In this document: one piece after another, positions 50,590 to 64,000 of the stretch
Position numbering within the stretch: the first letter of the stretch is position 1
How the letters are laid out: every line of letters starts with the position of its first letter
Source: Lama glama
Lineage: Eukaryota
Reading direction: 5' to 3'
Assembly: GCA_028534125.1 (NCBI GenBank)
Contig: CM052818.1
Span: forward strand, 7,256,001-7,320,000
DNA length: 64,000 bases
Made by a program: the position numbers and the translations under genes
Notes under the pieces: model-generated
Told to the model about the DNA's origin: nothing
The model's database searches: none
The model's input: only the letters and a program-made list of their open reading frames with translations

Positions 50590-51262
50590 ATATTATTAGC
50601 TAGCTGGCTGAGCTCCCAGCCAACAGCCAGCCATGTGAGTGACCATCTTAGACATTCCAGGCATATTGAGTCTTCAGATGATTTTAAACTCAGCAGATAC
50701 CATTTGGAGCAGAACTGTCCAGCTGAGCTCAGGCAACCAACAGAATCTTGAGATATAATATTGATTGTTGATGCTTGGGGTCACTAAGATTTGGAGTGGT
50801 TTGCTATGCAACAGTGGGTAGAGAAAGCAGGCAGATGTTGGCTTTCCTGACTTCCTTTGCAGCCTGGTGTAGCATGTGGCCACGGCTTTGCTGACCAGAT
50901 GCCTCTTCCCAGAATTTGAGTTAGGAGATAATGACACACAGAAGTGAGAACCACAGAGAATTGTTTTCTGACAGTGATGGTAGCAGCTGCAGCAAGACTG
51001 AACTTCTGAAGCGGCAGGGGCTAGTTGCTGTTGAATATCTGGGGCCAGTGGCCCTGACAATTCCAGCTTCAGTAGCACCCTCACTGGACTAGATCTCTGA
51101 TATGATTTTGGGAGATGTTTCTGGCTGCATGGATTCTGAGCCTGGTTGTTGGGTCATTCAGAAAATTCTGTGAGCTATCTACTGTCATTTTAATAAATTT
51201 CTTTTCTCTTTAATCAGCCAATTTTAATTTCTGTTGCTTGTGACTAAGGACTCTGACAGATA
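50590..51262 (+). mobile_element. MaLR (MLT1-like) and ERVL-type LTR remnants
   Basis: cagccatgtgagtgaccatcttaga...cactaagatttggagtggtttgctatgca; second LTR end aataaattt...ttctgttgcttgtgactaaggactctgacagatac. Confidence 0.6.
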
Positions 51263-51269
51263 CTCCTTT

Positions 51270-51590
51270 GAAACTAGCTGGCTTCTCTTTTTATCCTTAA
51301 CATAAAATTCAAAGCTCAAGAATTACTCTTACTGGCAACCTTCACTGATATCTTCTCTGTACTCCCTCCCAAATTTACTGCCCCTCTTCTAAGCCCCAAT
51401 AGTACCTTATGTATGTCCATAATATTGCTCTTCTCATAGCCATTGTAATTCCCTGTTTCTTAAACTGTCTACTCCATTAAACTCAAGACTTTAAAGGAAA
51501 AAACTGTATTTTGTATCTCTGTATGTCTAGTGCCTAATGTAGTGTTCATCTAACATTTGTTGAATGAATAAGTAATTGAATGAATGCAAT
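51270..51590 (+). mobile_element. L2 3' end
   Basis: tctctgtatgtctagtgcctaatgtagtg...catttgttgaatgaat. Confidence 0.6.
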
Positions 51591-53832
51591 TGATGGTATG
51601 AAATTCAGTATGTTAAAACAGCTCTGAACATAAAATAGGCATCATTTCAAAATTTTCTCTTTTTTTTAACCATTTGCATTCTTATCATAATAGAACATTG
51701 ATAAAGTTCTACTGACAATAAAAAATAGAGCAAATTTTAGAGAATTGCTTTTATGAACTACCTCTGTAAATTTTTGGGGTATTACTTATATCCATAATCT
51801 TCACAGATTCCATCTCAACCTGGTAACTATTCCCCTTTTATGCACTGCCAGAGAAATTTTGATTGTTATCCCAATAATTACTTTTATTCTTTTTTGATGT
51901 AAAAACGTTGGAAGTATAGGTTTTAAAAAGCCATTTAGTGCTATTCCCTAGAGTACTTTAAGTATTTGAGAGCAAGAGTTGTATAAGAAAAGTCATTTTA
52001 GAAACAATCTTCTGACCTTATAATTTTGTGAAGTCATGTCCAACGTGTTCTCATTTGAGAAGAGCACGGGGTTAAAGGTGAGTGAAAATATTTGTGTGGT
52101 CCAGAATTCAACTACTGGGTCAAAATTCTCCCACCACATCAGGGTCCCCAGGCCTAGGGCACTGGCAGCTGTGTCATCCGAGGTTCCACAGGTGATGGCG
52201 AGATACACCAAAAGTTGAGAACTGCTAAGACAAGGGACTCTTTTCTTTTGGCTCTTAGCTCATTATTTAACCACTTGACGGTATTAACCAGAATATCAAG
52301 GCGCCAGGAACTCTGCAGGCACAAAGGTTAATCAGATGCTCCTTGTCCTCTAGGAGTCTGCAGCCTGGTATCACATACATGTAAAGATTTCTGCATGTTT
52401 TATGCACTTTTCTATCTGTTATACCTCTAGAAAACAATTGTTAAAAAATAATAGTGTCTACCTCATGGATCTGTCTGAGGTCTGTGAATAAAGTACTGAA
52501 CACAAGACGTGGGACATGAAAGTGTCAGCAAATGTTGGCTGTTGCTGATGTTGTGGTTATTCCATGGTGTTGCATCCCTTACCGACTGGGAGACAGGGCC
52601 CATCTCTTCCTGCTACATCAGCTGCCTGGAGTTTGAGACAGACAAGTCATGACATACCTCTGAACACTCTGGTCCGCCTCAGGACTCCTGAGCATGAGTT
52701 CAAGTGGATCAGTTTTCCAGCTGTCCCAAGGCCCTTTCTTCCCTGTTGTTCTCAAAGCAGTTCCTGGAGTGAGGTGAAACAGGATTGAATCTTGGGTTGT
52801 ACTCAGGTGTGAGAGAGAACCTGTAAAATCCATGCACTGAGGAACTAGTGATTCCTATCCCCCGAGAGCTTTTATGAGTTTACCATGGTGCTTTTATCCC
52901 TCTGTCAGTATAATGCCCATGTGATGCTCAAATGTTTATTGAATGAATGAGCAAATACGTCTCAAATGCATCAGCAGTATTAAGTCTGTGTTACCTTCCC
53001 CAGAAATGTGTCCATCCTGAACAACGGGAGCACTGATCTTACCAAGGCACCTGCTGAGAGAATCTAAATTAATATCTTCTATAACACCCAAGCTGGAGAA
53101 GTGTTACTGAAGCTCACTCTTGCCAGCTGTATCACAGATCGGCAGCTAGATCTGCAGTCACGTGGATTCTGAATTTTCATCCAAGTAGGGAGAGTATTTC
53201 TCAAGCCTGCCTTTGTTGACTCCAGTTTGCAGGTTACTTCTGGGCATGTTGGCCACCTTGCCACTCATCGTTTTTTTCTGCCAGTCCAGCGTCCCCCATA
53301 TTCAACCTCAAAACTACTTCCAGAGCGACCTGTCTATATTACAAATGTAATTGTGTTGTTTATTACCAAAATACTTTGCTAGTTCCTCCCAGCCTGCCTG
53401 AATGATAAAAACAACTCTTGTTGAGTAAGCTCTTTCATAAACTGCCTTCAGCTTCCTGTTGCACTATTTCTTCATGTGCACTCAATTACTTGGAGCTCCC
53501 TAAATATTTTCAAACACACAGACATTTTCTCACTTGATTCCTCTACATAGAACACCCTTCCCCTGCCTACTTGGTTAATGACTGTGAGTCCTTTATGACT
53601 TGCTAAGACATTGGCCACTTTGGGAAGATGTTCTAACACACCCATCTGAGAATGCCCTATTTCTATGCCCCATAGCACACTGGGTGACACATCACATGGC
53701 ACAGTAATAGTTAAGGTTTAAGGTCCTTGAGAACAAAATAAAGGTAGGATTAGGGAATATCAGTTACTGGGGTTAATACAATCAAAATTAGCCACACCTG
53801 CTGGTAAGGTCCAGGGAACGTTCTGTTTCCAC

Positions 53833-53987
53833 CAGCACTGCTCAAACTTTAACGTCACTGGAGGTTTTGTTAAAATGCAGAACCTGATCCAGTTGGTCCA
53901 AGGTGGGACCCATGATTCTGCATTTCTAACTAGCATTCAGGTGATGCCAATGGTGCTGGTTTGAGGTGCACACTTTGAGTAACAAGG
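53833..53987. mobile_element. MER5B/MER5A-like MITE
   Basis: ctcaaacttt...ttgttaaaatgcaga...ttctgcatttctaac...caggtgatgcc...cacactttgagtaac. Confidence 0.75.
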
Positions 53988-56514
53988 AGGTTATCCTATG
54001 TGAAGGGCATCCTCCTAGCTGCTGGAAATTCCAAGGAATAATACTTAGCCACTTCTGACAAGTGGCTCATGGGCTAACTGGTGAGACAGGATAAATACAT
54101 AAAAAGACAAGCAGGGGTTAGATGATATAACATTCAACCTCCCTAAAGTGCAAAGAGCCATCATCACTGACTTGACTCTTTCATCTTAGTATAAGGTTAA
54201 ATTAACAAACCTTGAGGGATCAAACCATACACATCCAGAGACATTTGAGACCACACATACTCATAGAATGGTGGATATGTTCTACGAATAATATTTTTGT
54301 TTTTATTTTAATAAATAAAATATTTATTTCAATGTTTTCTATGAGCTCATGAGGAAGAAGTTCATAAAGTCTGTGGCAATAACTCCCATGAACCATTCCA
54401 GCGTCTGTGTCCAAGGAGTAAGTGTAAGAACTGCAGCTCTGTTTATAACAGTGAAATAGTGGAAGCAATCTGATTGTTCTCCTGCAGGGGTGGATGGGTA
54501 AATAAAGTGTGGTTCTCCACACTTACCATGAATGAACTAGATCTACATGTGCAAATGGATACATTTCAAAAACCAGGTTGATTGGAGAAGAAAGCAAGTA
54601 GCTAAAGGACACATGTAGCATGAAAATTGTCCATGTAAATTTAAACATAAAATAGGGTGCATGCTATTTTACACTGCATGGGAAATGTTACGTACAAACT
54701 TCAGGATAATGGAGAGAGATCTCTGGAAAGGGAGATACGGATTGGGAGTTTGTGATGATTTCTGGGAAGGGAGATGAGGGGAAGGTTCGGGGGAGGACTT
54801 CGTTTTATCTGGCATATTTAATTAAAAAAAGGCAATTGTAACATCAGTTGTAAGGAAGGCAAATGTCAACATCTGCATAGTCTCAAAAGCGGGTGGGGGT
54901 CTGTAACGAGGAAAAAGTCCTTCTATAATCAAAAACTTCATGTCACACATTTTAAAAGTTGAAATGAAGAGTTCCTTAATGTCCTACTGACGCTTGTTCT
55001 TTGAACAAATATCGTGACTCCCTTTGTTTTCAAGTGTGTATTTTCAGTTTTTCCTTTTAAATAAGTGTTTGAAGTTTGTTAATAGGCAAGTCATGAGTCC
55101 ACTAATGCTGAGTGTGGGTGGAGACAGGGTCTCCATTATCTCACTTCTCTCCTCCAGCTTGGGTGTTTGCCAAAGACGAATAGCTTGTGTTTTCCTAGTA
55201 GGTGCTCTGTGTGGACCTGTGCTCCAGGTGTCACAGAGCCCTTCCTCTCCTGTAGTTCCCAAAGTGGTTCCTGGAGTAGAGTTGTCAGATAGTACGTCAT
55301 AATGGGAATAGAGAAAAAGGGGAAGTTCCTCCTACCCTGACCCCACAATTCCGCCTTCTCAGTGATAACCCATGTTAGCAGCTTGATAACATGGGGGGGG
55401 GGTGTAGCTATAGGCTTTTTGGCCTATGTAAACACACACACATTTAAAAAATACGGGTAAGATGATATTATAAATACTATTTTATGATCTGCTTTTTTTC
55501 TAATTATAGAAATTTTGGAATTATGTTGGGACCTATTTCTGTATAAGAATACAAACACCCGTCCTAGCCTCCTTAGCAGCTGTGCTGTATTTCACTGAAT
55601 GGATAGACCTAATTAATGTAACCAGTCCCCTGTCGGGGTATATTTATGTTTCAATTTTTAAATGTTAAGATAGCACTGCAACGTTTCTACTCATGCACCT
55701 TTGAAGACTTACCCTACCATTTCTTAGAATTAAAATGGCAAGATTAAAGGGTGTACACACTTTGGATGATCCAGATTCTTAAAATTAGGTGAAATAGAGT
55801 TGCCGTATGAGTGTCAGACTATGAAATTGACACACTATGGATCAAAGGAGAAATATATGAAGTTCTCCCCAAACCGTCAGAACAGGTCTTAATATGACTG
55901 AAGTTACAAGCAGATTGCAGGATATATCACACAGAAAAAAGCTGGCTGGTAACGGACCCACAGGAAACAAAAAGGAGGAGAAACAAGCACAGCATCACCT
56001 TGTCCAGCACAGTGGAACCCTGGCTTTTGACCACGTGCTGTTTAAGTTGATTTTCTCTATAGTGAAGAAGACAGCAATGAACTATCACAGTCTAATGACA
56101 CTTCAGTGAACTCTTCCCACACACTAAGCTACCTTCTGATAATAATTTCGTTTCTTAGAAAGATTTGGCCACAGACAAAATACACCAGTAACTGGTTCAC
56201 CCGATATTTATCCTTCTTATTGTAAAGTAATTAATTGACACTCTAGTCAGTCTTTCGTAAGTATACTCAGCAAGCATCAACTTACTCAAGCCTGGCCATT
56301 CCTAGATGTCCATGGAAAAAAAGTAAGAATGTAGACCACTTCCCCTTTGAAGAAGAAAAACAGGAGACTAAGGTATCCACCAAACCTGCCACAAATATTA
56401 AATGTAGCGGTAACATCTTAGAAGTATTCTTTTTAAAATCAGGAATAAGCAAAGATGTCACTGCTTTATTCTGTATTGTATTGGAGGTCCTAGACAACAT
56501 GGTAAGATAAGTAA

Positions 56515-56690
56515 AGGAGAGAAAGAAAAAGAAAGAAAGAAAGAAAGAGAGAAAGAAAAGAAAGAGAAAATGAAAGACAGACAGAAAGAAAGAAAGAGAA
56601 AGAAAGAAAGAGAGAAAGAAAAGAAAGAGAAAATGAAAGACAGACAGAAAGAAAGAAAAGAAAGGAAGAAAGAAAAAATAGGAAAATTGG
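56515..56690. repeat. Complex (GAAA)n purine tract with a 63-bp higher-order duplication
   Basis: tgaaagacagacag recurs at 56571 and 56634. Confidence 0.85.
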
Positions 56691-56970
56691 AAGAGAAGTT
56701 ATAAATGACAACATAGAAAATCTAAAACATATTGTAGACAAATTGTAGGAGCTAAACAAGTTTGCTAGAAATAAGATTAATATGCAAGGATCAACTGCAT
56801 TACTATACATAAGCAGCTGTGAGAAAAGTCTAATTTAAATATACATGTCATTCATAACAGCAACAACAACAAAAAGAAAATATTTTTAAAGACGGGCAAG
56901 ATTCTATGAAGGAAGATGATAAATCTTTTTTGAAATGTACTAAAGCCAACCTAAATAAGTGCAGAGGAAA

Positions 56971-57021
<51 letters not shown>

Positions 57022-57022
57022 A
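56971..57022. repeat. (TAAA)13 microsatellite
   Basis: Directly visible, 52 nt. Confidence 0.95.
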
Positions 57023-58329
57023 TGCAGAGGAATTCTTTGTTCACAGACAGGAAGCTGCAATATGGTAAAGTCAATTTTTCATGAACAAATTTACGAATTT
57101 CATGAATTCCCAACAAAAATCAAAATATGTCCTTTTTTTTTCCATAAAATTTAAGAAGCTGATTTAAAAATTTGCTTGGAAGAGCAAAGGGCCAGGAAAA
57201 GTAAACATTTGAAGAACAAGGTGGGTGATACACCCTATCAGATCAAGCCTTAATGTAAAGCTATAGTTTTGAAAACAGTATATATTAGCTCAGAGAGACA
57301 CAGGTGAGCCAATGCAATAGAGCAGAGGGCTCAGAAACAGATCTGCACAAAGATGGAAACTTGATACATGACAGAGCTGTCACTGCGGACCAGTAGAGAA
57401 AGTATGGGCAATGGGATAAATGATGCTGGCAAACTGGTTATCTGAATTTTCCATTTGGATATAAAATTAGAACTATACTTCAAAGAAAATGAAAGATAAA
57501 TTCCAGATAGATTCAAAGCCTGAAAATGAAAAGCAAAATTCAAAAACTTTTAGGAAAAACATAGGAGAATATATTATGACTTCATGATAAGGAAATATTC
57601 CTTAAATAAAATACAAAAAATGTAAACCACGAATAAAAAGATTATAAATTTGACTACATTAAAAATTAAAGCTTAAAACCTTAATAAATTAAAAGACATC
57701 ATATTTTAAAAGTATAAAGATACGCCAAAAACCAAGAGAGGAAAATTGTAATGTATTTAACAAGTATTAATATCCAGAATATATAAATGATTCCTACACA
57801 TAAACAAGGAAAAGGTAAACATCCCAAAATAGAATGAACAAGAATATTAACAGGTAATTCACAGAAGAAGGAAACTCAAATGTCCAATAAACATAAAAGG
57901 GTTCCCAACTTTGCTGGTCATCAGGAAAAAATACTGAAATCACAGTAAGACACAATTTAACAGCTATTAGTTTGTCAAATTAAAAAAAAAAACAACTGAC
58001 AGCACTGAGTGTTGGTAAGAATGTGTAGCAACAGGGACTCTCATTTTCATTTTGGTAGGAATGTAAATTGGTACATTCATTCTGGAAAGCAATTTGCCAG
58101 TATCTAGTAAAACAAATAGCATGTTCCCCCATGAACCAGTGGCAATTCTGTCTTAGGAGTGCATCTCAGAGAAACCCTTGCAAGCCAGCATAATGAGACA
58201 AGAATATGAATGTTGATGGCAACATTGGTTGTAATAGCAAAAATTTGGAAACAACTTATATCACCATCCGGGAGAATGAATAAATAAATTATGGTGCAGT
58301 TATATGGTATAGAACAGAAATGAATGAGG

Positions 58330-58557
58330 AGGGGAGGGATAGATTGGGAGTTTGAGATGAATAGATACACATTACTGTATATAAAATAGATAAACAACAA
58401 GGACCTACTGTATAGCGTAAGGAACTATATTTAGTTTCTTGTAATGAGCTGTAATGGGAAAGAACCTGAAAAAAAAAGTGTGCATATGTGTAACTGAATC
58501 GCTTTGCTGTACATATGAAACTAACACTGTAAATTAACTGCACTTCAATAAAAAAAT
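58330..58557 (+). mobile_element. Cetartiodactyl-type L1 3' end
   Basis: gggagggatagattgggagtttgag...gataaacaacaaggacctactgtatagc...aataaaaaa. Confidence 0.8.
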
Positions 58558-58597
58558 GATTGAACAACATGGAGCTACGTGTATAAACAGTATATAT

Positions 58598-59950
58598 TGT
58601 TTTATTGAAGTATAATTGATTTACAATATATTAGTTTCAGGTGTACAGCATAGTGATACAAAATTTTTATAGATTATACTCCATTTATAGTTATTATAAA
58701 ATACTGGCTATATTTCTTGTGCTGTACATTATATCCTTGTAGGTTATTTATTTTATACATAGTGGTTTGCACCTCTTAATCCTCTACCCTTATCTTGCTG
58801 CTACCTCCTTCCCTCTCCCCACTGGTAACAACTAGTTTGTTATACCTGTGAGTCTGTTTTTTTGTTATATTCACTAGTTTGTTTTATTTTTCAGATTCCA
58901 CATATAAGTGATAACATACAGTATTTATCTTTCTCTGTCTGATTTATTTCACTAAGCATAATACTCTGCAGGTTCATCCATATCTTTTGCAAATGGCAAA
59001 ATGTCATTCTTTTTTATGGCTGAGTAATATTACATTGCACATAGGTACCACATCTTTTTTATCCACTCATCTCTTGATGAACATTTATGTTGCTTTCATA
59101 TATTGGCTATTGTAAATAATGCTGTTATGAATATTACGGTGCATGTATCTTTTCAAATTAGTGTTTTTGTTTCCTTCAGATATATAGCCAGTAGTGGAAT
59201 TGTTGGATCATATGGTAGGTCTATTTTTAATTTCTTGAGGAATCTCCGTACTATTTTCCATAGTGGCTGTACCAGATTACATTATCACAGCAGTGTACTA
59301 GGGTTCCCATTTCTCTACATCCTCATCAACATTTATTATTTGTTGTCTTTTTGATGATAGCCATTCTGAGAGGTGTGAGGTGATATTTCATTGTGGTTTT
59401 GATTTGCATTTCTCTGATGCGCAGTGATGTTGGGCATTTTTTCATGTGGCCATTGGCTATCTACATGTCTTCTTTAGAAAGATGTCTACCCAGATCTTCT
59501 GCCCATTTTTTAACCTGGTTGCTTAATTGATATTGAGCAGTATGAGTTTAGATATTTTGGATATTAACCCCTTATTGGTTATATTATTTGCAAATATTTT
59601 CTCCCATTTATTAGGTTGTCTTTTTTGTTTTGTCGATGGTGTCCTTTGCTGTGCAAAAGCTTTTAGGCTTAATTAGGTCCCATTTGTTTATTTTTGTTTT
59701 CATTTCCTTTGCCTTAGGAGACAAGTCCAAAAAAATATTGCTGCCATTTATGTCAAAGAGGGTTCTGCCTATGCTTTCTTCTAGGAGTTTTATGGTTTCT
59801 GGTCTTATATTTAGGTCTTTAATCTATTTTGAATTTATTTTTATATATGGTGTGAGAAAATGTTCTAAGTTCATTCTTTTACATGTAGCTGTCTAGTTTT
59901 CCCAACACCACTTATTGAAGAGACTGTCTTTTCTCCCTTGTATATTCCAG
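58598..59950 (-). mobile_element. L1 3' portion (ORF2 end plus 3'UTR), about 1.35 kb
   Basis: Well-preserved antisense L1 text (tttgctgtgcaaaagcttttaggcttaattaggtcccatttg; gatagccattctgagaggtgtgaggtgatat). Confidence 0.9.
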
Positions 59951-59974
59951 TATATGTTCCTTTTTCAAAAAAGT

Positions 59975-60132
59975 TTTTAAATTGAGGTATAGTTGATGTA
60001 CAGTGGTATGTAAGTTTCAGGTGTACAACATAGTGATTCACAATTTTTAAAGCTTACACTCCATTTATAGTTATTATAAAATATTGACTATATTCCCTTA
60101 CTGTACAATATATTCTTGTAGCTTATTTATTT
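59975..60132 (-). mobile_element. Second short L1 3' end of a similar subfamily
   Basis: ctccatttatagttattataaaata shared with 58680-58705. Confidence 0.75.
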
Positions 60133-60552
60133 TATACATGGTAGTTTGTACCTTTTAATCCCCTACCCTTTTCCCTCTCCCCTCTGGTAACAATATATGT
60201 TTCTTAAATGTGGTGTTGATTGAAAAAAATAAATTGCCAGAGGACACATCCAATGTATTATATATATAATATCTGAAAACCTTACTATATCATTGCTTAT
60301 TTAGGGATACTTACACATACGTAATAAATCCATGAAAACATACCTGGAAATGATAAACATCAATTTCAGGACAATGACTTTCACTGCCTGTGGGTCAAAG
60401 AGGGGAATGTAATCATGGAAAGATTGCACAGAGGGCTTCAACTGCACTTATAAAATTTTGTGTCTTTTGATGGTGGATACATGGGTGTTCACTATATTAC
60501 TCTCTGTGTTTTTGTATTTTTGAAAATTTTCGTAAAGGAAAAAAAAACCCTA

Positions 60553-61230
60553 TGAGCAGGTTTAGTCTGGTGGGAGCATAGAATTGGGGATGGTGATTGG
60601 AAGAGGTCTGGGAGGAGGGGTGGCAGAGTGGATCAGGAGGGTGGTGGAGCTGGCTTGGACTGCACCTGAGGATGCCAGGAGCCACTGGGGTGCTTTAAGC
60701 AGCAGTGTAAAGCCGGCTGGTGGTGAGTAGATGGATGCTGCACAAGTCAAGTGGGAGACAGCAGTGACTGCGTTAAACTCAGAGCAGACCGGCGCCTCGA
60801 TGGTGCCTTGCTTAACTCCTAGGCTCCTTTGCCAGTGGCTTCTGGGTAGCTTCAGTTCATGGGAGGCACTGGTGAGAGGCTGGATGGACAGTGCAAGGGG
60901 GAAGCCTAGGTATTTCACCTTCATCCTTTTTATCTGCTTCAAGTGGCTTCTCCAACCGAATCTGTGCCTCCTCTGTGGTCCAGCTCCCATGAGAAAGCCC
61001 CTCTTTGTGGCACCACCTCTGACCAGGTGGCCTTGGCTTTGGGCACTGGTAATAATTTTATCCCTCCTGCCTAAGGGAGGTGGAGGCTTCCACTACTGCA
61101 AATCCCTGTGCTGCAGCATTGCCCCTGCTTGGTATCTCAGCTCTGCCAATGCTGGTAACTGGTTCTCTGTATTAAATCCATCCCCTCTATTGATCTACTG
61201 TTTCTCTCACTGGATCTTGACTGATATACA
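60553..61230 (+). mobile_element. Probable old ERVL-type LTR
   Basis: GC-richer block ending attaaatcc...tttctctcactggatcttgactgatataca, an LTR-like 3' terminus; family not identified. Confidence 0.45.
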
Positions 61231-64000
61231 AACTTTTGGGGTGCTTTACACTCTGTCTTTTGTGGGAAACAGAGGCTACAGTGACAAAATGATCAGGAGC
61301 AAGTAAAACTCTGACTGAGGTACTTTTTTTTCTTTTCTTTTCTTTTTTTTTTTAAGCAGAAACTACTGAGATGCTGGGATGACATGGCTTCTTCCAGGGA
61401 TATGGTCCAGCCAGGCTGACCTGGTCACCAAAGGTGACCCCACTATTAAGATCAGCTTTCTTATTTGAGGAGACACCCTGATTCTTCCTTAGAAGAACAC
61501 AGCAGTTGGGAATGTTTTGGATAACTCAGAAAAGACTGTTTGAATTTGAAACAAAAAACTAGAAGTATATTTTCTCTTAAGAAGCGAATCAGTTTTTATT
61601 AAATGAAATCTATGAAACAAATCACTTGCACCTAAAATATTTTGTTTATTCAGTGCTGTATTGTAAATGCCTTGCTCTTTGCTGATAAGGAAGCTGAAAT
61701 GAGGACCTAATGAACTAAACAAAAAGCCTTTGTGAGCTGACTACGGGGATAAAGCTGCGGGTCTCAAATTAGAATAAATTTGTGCACTGATATCCATCAA
61801 GGTACAGGTGTTCTCATTAGTTATAAAGGGATAAAAATGCCATTGTTGTCAAATGGTTTTTCTACAAACGCAAATCTGTTACATCCGTATGGATGTAAAG
61901 GCTTGTGATAAAGGCTTAGACAGTCATGGAAAGTAATAAAAAATTAGACAAAATGATGATGGTTCATGAATTACCTATTATTAACACATGGAGATACAGA
62001 CAGGAATTTCCACTAAATTCAAAGCATTTTTTTCTCCTTTCTCACTGTTCTCTGAGTTTGTTTTCTTTAAGACCATACAGTGTGATTTCTGATGTTTGAA
62101 GCAGCAAACACCAGCTCTGTTATCTTCCTTCTACAGTGGTTTAGAAGTGAATAAATAAAAGTTCTGATAATTCATAAAGCTAAAACTCAGGGAGGACTTC
62201 TGTTTTTCCATAGTGCACAAAAGAATAATCTGAACTGAGAAACTGGCTCTAGACAGTGGCAATCGCACTGCAGCCCTGGGTGATTTGCAGAGTAACTGTC
62301 AGCGTATCCCTGAAGTAGTCCCCCTCCCTATGGTATGGCCTCTCTCTAGCCCTTTCTGTTCTCCTGCCCGTCCTCCTGCCAAACCTGCCTCCTCCCAGCC
62401 TCTCTGAGCCAGAACCGGCTCTGGTTCTCCACCACCTCCACCTCCAGATCCTCTCAAGTGTGTGTATATTCAACCCAGTCCAGCAAGGTGAACCTCTGGC
62501 TCTCTCCAAGCAGACCACCTGCTGTTCTTCAAGCTTACCCCTGGGGCCTCAAGACATCTATAAACTACTATTTTGTCTTATTTATTTTACAAAGATGGAA
62601 GCATTTGACTCCAAACATAGTTTGGAGCAAATCACTTTTTTTTTTAATTCAGCAATTTATTGTGGACATTTCCTCCACTAATTTACACATGACACTTTCT
62701 ATGGCTGTATCGTACTTCATAGGATGCTGATTATAATTTGTTTTAACCAGTTTCCATGATGATTAGCATTAAGGTGTCTCTACTGTGTTTTGCCCTGACA
62801 AATAATTCTGTGATTTCTTGATGGATTTGTCTAGGGAGTTGGGTAGAAAGCGGAAGAAAAGACAGGTAGTAATTTGGAACATGTCAAAGAGGGGCAGCCT
62901 GGTTGTGGATATTCTGGTAACTTCAGAAAGCACCTCCAGAGCACAACTGGATGCCTCAAAAATTGGGTGAGAGTAAAGGAGGAAGGCAGTGGAGAGGGCA
63001 GCAGGGGAGCTGGGACAATGCAGGACCCATCATCAAGCCTTGCTCTTCCCACCGTCTCACTCCTTTTTAGGCAACCAGTAATTTCTGTCAACTACCAACA
63101 TAGTATTAGAGAGGTCCAATGTTAACTCATCTTCTCCCTCCTAATGCTTTACCAACTGGCCCTTCTATGCCTTAGTTCAGGAAGGTGGGCTGAGATCAAT
63201 CTGAGGAAGGTCCTTAATTCCACACCAAGGTGTCTACAGCAGTCGGGAGGCTGTAAGTGAACTTAGAGTTCTTCAGTTCTCAGCTCAGAAGTTTGTGTTG
63301 CAAACACTCAAGTGTTCTTAAGAGATAAACAGCACAATTAAAGAATAGCCAGCCTTGGGAAAGAACACAGTACATCATCTGTCTGGTTGTGCTTCAACTC
63401 AGTTGTTTACCTCTATCTCCCCGGGGTAGCCCCATTCCATTCATTTAGCTCCTTATTCTTTGTACTCTTTAACTGTCCATAACTATGTCCCCAGAGCCTC
63501 CCTCCTCCTCATAGCCCTGCCAGTTCCTTCTTTTTTTTTTTTTTAACCACTGGTGGATTCATAATAATTATAACAGATATGATCGGTATGTACTAAACTA
63601 CATGTCTAACTGCAATCTAACACCAGCTCCCAAATAACAAAATGTTGCAGATGCTAAATATGGTAGAGTATTATCTGAGCCTCTTAATTTAGTTAATTCA
63701 AAATCCTGTGCAGGGATGACCATGCAGGGAGGCTTTTTATTCCCTTTCCCTCTATCATTGCTCACCTGTTGGTCAAAGCATGGATGGCTCTGCTTCCCAA
63801 ACTTCCTCCAAGCCCTACTCTGTTCTTGGAGTCCACTTTGGGCAACCTGCCACCAGGCTTCCGGTTGATCTGGGGCTTCACAGGCTGCATCACTCTGGCT
63901 TAGTTCTTGGAAACAAGTAAAGGCAGTTCTCTTTGCTGCTTTGCACAGGCTACCATTTGCTGGAAGCTTGAGCCCATGGAGAAGCCCTTTAGGACTTGGA

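Larger units (their letters stand above)
56350..58320 (+). mobile_element. Degraded old L1 ORF2 region with embedded simple repeats
   Basis: A-rich L1 ORF2 phrases (aaatcaggaataagcaaagatgtc, ttgtattggaggtcctagac, ggaatgtaaattggtaca). Confidence 0.75.

Noticed and set aside
56490..57060. ORFs with repeated LSFFLS or FIYL peptides
   Set aside because: They are translations of GAAA and TAAA microsatellites.
59103..59896. Hydrophobic plus-strand ORFs (83 and 88 aa)
   Set aside because: They are antisense readings of L1 ORF2.
60731..61306. 191-aa plus-strand ORF
   Set aside because: It lies in a probable old LTR, has Trp/Cys/Leu-rich random-like composition and shows no recognisable homology or splice structure.
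1..64000. CRISPR arrays, operons or other prokaryote-type systems
   Set aside because: The sequence is clearly mammalian, and there is no regularly spaced repeat-spacer array or compact multi-gene cassette.

Overview
Mammalian genomic DNA, most likely camelid, inferred from tRNA-Ala-derived SINEs of the Vic-1 type and cetartiodactyl-type L1 3' ends. The only gene I can support is AFTPH (aftiphilin, an AP-1/AP-2/clathrin accessory protein) on the minus strand. It has a CpG-island promoter and non-coding exon 1 near 43 kb, a 26.4-kb intron 1, a 1963-nt exon 2 with the ATG at 16499, and coding exons 3-5 at 4571-4722, 2625-2751 and 2170-2226. All of these have GT-AG boundaries and consistent phases, and the gene continues beyond position 1. 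The rest is intronic or upstream DNA dense in L1, L2, MIR, SINE, LTR and hAT remnants; family names and boundaries are by-eye estimates. There is a 100-N assembly gap at 23806-23905. I see no convincing novel multi-gene system. The best lead is the AFTPH 5' leader, which packs an ATG-initiated poly-glycine uORF over a (GGC)9 repeat, a canonical G-quadruplex motif and three more uORFs, one spanning the exon 1-2 junction. Secondary leads are an unexplained CpG-rich, mRNA-like patch in intron 1 and several unusual retrotransposition footprints.
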